Assembly: GCA_003246295.1 (NCBI GenBank)
Contig: QKAS01000053.1
Coordinates: 46,948-110,947, forward strand
DNA from: Clostridia bacterium
Lineage (GTDB): Bacteria > Bacillota > Clostridia > Lachnospirales > Lachnospiraceae
Reading direction: 5' to 3'
DNA: 64,000 nucleotides
Notes under the pieces: generated by a model
Databases searched by the model: none
Seen by the model: only the letters and a program-made list of their open reading frames with translations
What the model was told of the DNA's origin: nothing
Translations under genes and position numbers: made by a program
Part shown: piece after piece, positions 60,729 through 64,000 of the stretch
Layout: each line of letters begins with the position of its first letter
Position numbering within the stretch: the first letter of the stretch is position 1

Positions 60729-60947
60729 ATGGCTGACATTAAATATGAAATTGTAGAAGAAATCGGTGTACTATCCGAAAATGCAAAAGGCTGGAGGAAA
60801 GAACTTAATCTTATCAGTTGGAATGATGGAGCTCCTAAGTACGATATTCGTGACTGGGCTCCTGAGCATGAGAAGATGGGCAAAGGTACAACTTTGGCGA
60901 AAGAAGAAGTTGTTAAGTTGAAGGAACTTTTGAATACGTTGTTTTAA
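60729..60947 (+). CDS. YdbC-like PC4-fold ssDNA-binding protein (DUF2128)
   Basis: 72 aa MADIKYEIVEEIGVLSENAKGWRKELNLISWNDGAPKYDIRDW..EKMGKG closely resembles my recollection of Lactococcus YdbC; AGGAG 5 nt upstream of ATG 60729. Confidence 0.65.
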   Translation: MADIKYEIVEEIGVLSENAKGWRKELNLISWNDGAPKYDIRDWAPEHEKMGKGTTLAKEEVVKLKELLNTLF

Positions 60948-60981
60948 ACATTAAGGCATGTGATTACGTCGGGGAGATGTT

Positions 60982-61836
60982 ATGAATCAAAATAAAGTGA
61001 TTGCTTTTGAAAAAATTGATAATGCATATGATTTAAAAGCATTCCTTCAACACTATGGAGGAATGCGTGAAAACAAGGGATTCTTGCATCATTATACTTC
61101 GTTGTCAACGGTAATAAGTTTATTTAAAAATAGGACATGGCATTTATCACAAGCCTCTTGTATGAATGATATTTTGGAATTTACTAATGGCGATATAAAT
61201 AAATGGAATAAATTGTTTTTTACAAGCTTCATGCGAGAAGATGATGAAAATATTGGAATGTGGAGTATGTACGGTCAACCATGGAATAAAGGCGTAAAAA
61301 TAAGCATTCCAAAAAACATTGCCGTAGATTGGTTAACAAAAGAATATATAAGAGTTTTTGAAGTTGATTGTAGAACAAAAAGCACGAATGATGAAATAAG
61401 TGAGACCCTATATCGGCAGCCGTTCTTAAGTGCAGTGGCGTACGCAAATACAGATAGAATTAATCGAAAAAAAGAAGTTGAGGAAGTTAGGTATGGAACG
61501 GTTAGGAATTCTAATTTGGTAGAGTGTACTCGTGATCCTGTTCTAACTGGCTATATCAAAGATGAAGCATGGGCTTACGAGAAAGAAATCAGATTATGCA
61601 TTGAGTTCAAAAATGCAATAAACTGTAAGCGGATATCATTGAGCATACCGGATGAAGTACTCGATAATATAATATTAACTCCAAGTCCTTTATTTGAAGG
61701 TGATTTTATGCAGGAACTTAATCGAGAAATAGAACAAGTATTTAAAACTAAAGAAAGCCTATTTAAAGGAAAATTTCAATTACAAGCAAAATGTGATGAA
61801 TGTAACTATGTGAATTTGCAGCATCAATTATCTTAG
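60982..61836 (+). CDS. DUF2971-like protein
   Basis: N-terminal FLHHYTSLSTVISLFKN..W.LS....MND..EF resembles the DUF2971 signature; GGGGAG RBS. Confidence 0.45.
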   Translation: MNQNKVIAFEKIDNAYDLKAFLQHYGGMRENKGFLHHYTSLSTVISLFKNRTWHLSQASCMNDILEFTNGDINKWNKLFFTSFMREDDENIGMWSMYGQPWNKGVKISIPKNIAVDWLTKEYIRVFEVDCRTKSTNDEISETLYRQPFLSAVAYANTDRINRKKEVEEVRYGTVRNSNLVECTRDPVLTGYIKDEAWAYEKEIRLCIEFKNAINCKRISLSIPDEVLDNIILTPSPLFEGDFMQELNREIEQVFKTKESLFKGKFQLQAKCDECNYVNLQHQLS

Positions 61837-61924
61837 AGAAATACGAGAAAAGCGTAAAAACAAATAAAATCAAACCATTAGAATAATAAAATTGATAAAA
61901 AGTGAGAAAATTTCGTAAAAATGA

Positions 61925-61953
61925 TTGACATTGCATAAAGTATGTCATACTAT
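61925..61953 (+). promoter_or_regulatory. sigmaA-type promoter for the AAA_21/RloB pair
   Basis: TTGACA (61925-61930), 17-nt spacer containing TGACAT/ATGTCA inverted hexamers, TACTAT (61948-61953). Confidence 0.55.
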
Positions 61954-61979
61954 ATATATGAGATAAAGGAGGCAATGCC

Positions 61980-63254
61980 ATGTTAATAATGTTTAAAGTA
62001 AAAAACTACACATCTTTTAAGGACGAAGCAATTTTAGATATGAGGGCGGCTTCTTATAAACAACATACAACACATTTATTAGAAACTTATGATGGAACAA
62101 AGCTAGTTAAGACCGCTGCTATTTATGGTGCAAATGCATCAGGAAAATCTAATTTTATTTCAGCTATGTTTTTCTTCGAAAAGTATATTTTTGAACAATT
62201 TATTACAAAGAATGAAGCAGAAGAGTATGATTTTTCGAGTAAGGATTTGGAAACAAGGTTGGAACCATTCCAGTTATCAGAAGATAACAATGGGGCTTCT
62301 GAGTTTGATATTATGTTTTCGTGTAATGATAAAACTATCCAGTATGGCTTTGAATGTACGTCAGAAGAAGTAATAAGTGAATGGTATTACATTAATGATA
62401 AGAAGGTATTTGAACGCAATGGAAGTCAGGTTACGTTTGGAAAATCTTATGAAAAATATATTAAGGAATTTACAAAAGTTCCAAAAGAACGACTGTATTT
62501 ATCAGTATTAGAATACTTTCTTGGTGAAAAGGAAAAAGAAATTATTTTATATGATTTCGTGGAATTTTTCCAAAAAGAATATGATGTATTTTTGGAACTT
62601 TTCTTTGAATCAACAATCAAACATATTGCTGGTTTGGTAAGAATTAACGAACGTATCGTTAAGGATAAAAACTTTAGAAAGAAAGTCGAAAAGTATTTAA
62701 GCCAGATTGATGTTGGTATCAAGGGGCTGGATGTTCAGGTAAAAACAGTAGTTGATGAGAAAACTGGAAAAGAGAAAAAGCGTAAAACATTAAAGACAAT
62801 ACATGACATATATGATGATAATGGTTTGGTTTGTGGGCAAAAGGAATTCGAACTACCACAAGAGTCAACTGGAACATTACGTTTTTTAACATACATTCAG
62901 GAAGTTATCGAAATGACAGAAAGAGGAGGTGTGTTTGTTGTTGATGAAATTTCTGCAAGGCTTCATCCTTTATTGACAAAGCTAATTGTAGATATTTTTC
63001 AAGATAGCAAAAACACGAAAGCACAGCTGATTTTCACAACACACGATATCTCTTTGTTGAACAAAGAACAGTTTAGAAGGGATGAAGTGGTTTTTGTTGA
63101 TAAGAACCATAAAGGAGAATCATCTTTATATGCATTGTCTGATTTAAAGGTAAGAGATGATGCAACTTTTAATAAGGACTATTTGCAGGGTAAGTACGGT
63201 GCAATTCCAATCTTTAATTATGATGGAATTTTAGGCGGTGATGCGATTGGGTAG
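61980..63254 (+). CDS. AAA_21/ABC-type ATPase (RloA/AbiLi-like)
   Basis: Walker A GANASGKSN, Walker B VFVVDEISARLHP, TTHD His-loop; AGGAGG 7 nt upstream. Confidence 0.8.
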   Translation: MLIMFKVKNYTSFKDEAILDMRAASYKQHTTHLLETYDGTKLVKTAAIYGANASGKSNFISAMFFFEKYIFEQFITKNEAEEYDFSSKDLETRLEPFQLSEDNNGASEFDIMFSCNDKTIQYGFECTSEEVISEWYYINDKKVFERNGSQVTFGKSYEKYIKEFTKVPKERLYLSVLEYFLGEKEKEIILYDFVEFFQKEYDVFLELFFESTIKHIAGLVRINERIVKDKNFRKKVEKYLSQIDVGIKGLDVQVKTVVDEKTGKEKKRKTLKTIHDIYDDNGLVCGQKEFELPQESTGTLRFLTYIQEVIEMTERGGVFVVDEISARLHPLLTKLIVDIFQDSKNTKAQLIFTTHDISLLNKEQFRRDEVVFVDKNHKGESSLYALSDLKVRDDATFNKDYLQGKYGAIPIFNYDGILGGDAIG

Positions 63255-63897
63255 AACCATGTTATCACCATCCAGACAAAAAAATATAAAGAATACAAAC
63301 CTTGGACACATGATTTTATTTTGTGAAGGACTAACAGAAAAATACTATTTTGAATATTTTACCGACATAATTGAAAAAAATAAATTCAATGATGTTCGGA
63401 TCGAGATAGAATCAGCTGATGGTAATTCAAGCCGAGTTTTGAAGTTTGCAGATGAATATCTTGCTGTCGAAGATAATAATAGAAAATACAGTAATTATAA
63501 AAAGTATTTGGTGTTTGATTGTGATGCACCTCCAAATATACAGAAGGTTATTGATAAAATCTGCTTATCTGAAAATAGTTATGAAATGTTAGTTTCAAAT
63601 TACTTATTTGAGACGTGGTTATTAATGCATTTTGAAAATGTAACAGAAAAAATCTCTAAAGAACACACCTACAAGCGTTTAAGTGAGCATTTGGTAAATG
63701 AATACAAAAAAGCAAGTGCAGGTCTTATTAGAGAAATTATTCAAAATGGCAGTGTAGAAGAAGCTATGAAAAATGCTGAAAGTTTGGCAGAGAAGTATTC
63801 ACAAGAAGGAAAAAACATTTGCAATTCAATTGGAAAAATGAATCCATATACAAATGTTAATATATTAGTTGAGCAGCTATTGGCTGTAATAAGTTGA
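63238..63897 (+). CDS. RloB-like protein (Toprim-like; AbiLii-like)
   Basis: ILFCEGLTEKYYFEYF N-terminal motif and LVFDCD acidic motif; overlaps the ATPase gene by 17 nt (start could instead be ATG 63259). Confidence 0.65.
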   Translation: MMRLGRTMLSPSRQKNIKNTNLGHMILFCEGLTEKYYFEYFTDIIEKNKFNDVRIEIESADGNSSRVLKFADEYLAVEDNNRKYSNYKKYLVFDCDAPPNIQKVIDKICLSENSYEMLVSNYLFETWLLMHFENVTEKISKEHTYKRLSEHLVNEYKKASAGLIREIIQNGSVEEAMKNAESLAEKYSQEGKNICNSIGKMNPYTNVNILVEQLLAVIS

Positions 63898-64000
63898 AGG
63901 GAGTTGATAAAAGGCTAAAAGGTATTTTGAAAATTGAAAATTGTTGTTTACTGAGATTCTACGTCAGTAATTTATAAACCACCCTCAAAGCATTGATAAA

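Larger units (their letters stand above)
44081..64000 (+). mobile_element. left part of an integrated plasmid-like mobilizable element with defence cargo; right end outside window
   Basis: Abrupt switch from housekeeping genes to ParB-like, TnpV-like, ParM-like, MobC and relaxase genes, then R-M and Abi-type genes, all on the + strand. Starts right after the rlmD stop; no integrase seen in the window. Confidence 0.7.

Overview
AT-rich Firmicutes (Clostridia/Lachnospiraceae-like) chromosomal segment; all calls rest on hand reading of the ORF track and DNA, with no database searches. Positions 1-44080 are ordinary core genome. They hold a PerR/rubrerythrin pair, an Fe-alcohol dehydrogenase, two OmpR-type two-component systems, T-box-controlled proS, ackA and cca. 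They also hold the conserved mazG-hup-yabO-divIC-tilS-hpt-ftsH block, a GH13 amylase, a five-tRNA cluster (Tyr, Leu, Phe, Gly, Gly), azlCD and a galK-galT Leloir module with ROK and AraC regulators. The remaining core genes are nth, a VanW protein, mutS2, an HtrA-like protein with a degenerate catalytic triad, yhaM and rlmD/rumA. Directly after the rlmD stop (44080) the content switches to an accessory, plasmid-like mobilizable island that runs past the right edge of the window. It starts with a ParB-like gene, a TnpV-like gene, a ParM-like actin ATPase with a putative RHH adaptor, an iteron/oriT-like intergenic region, MobC and a relaxase. A dense defence cargo follows. Its core is a type I R-M operon (hsdM, hsdS, hsdR) that begins with a catalytically degenerate MTase-like/half-HsdS fusion. 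The operon is interleaved with a PIN-like gene and an Abi_C-domain gene, and is followed tightly by a KAP P-loop NTPase, a PC4-like YdbC ssDNA-binding protein and a DUF2971-like protein. A separately promoted AAA_21 ATPase + RloB-like pair comes last. No integrase, T4SS, CRISPR array or rRNA is visible. The best candidate for an undescribed system is the interleaved operon at 50004-61836.
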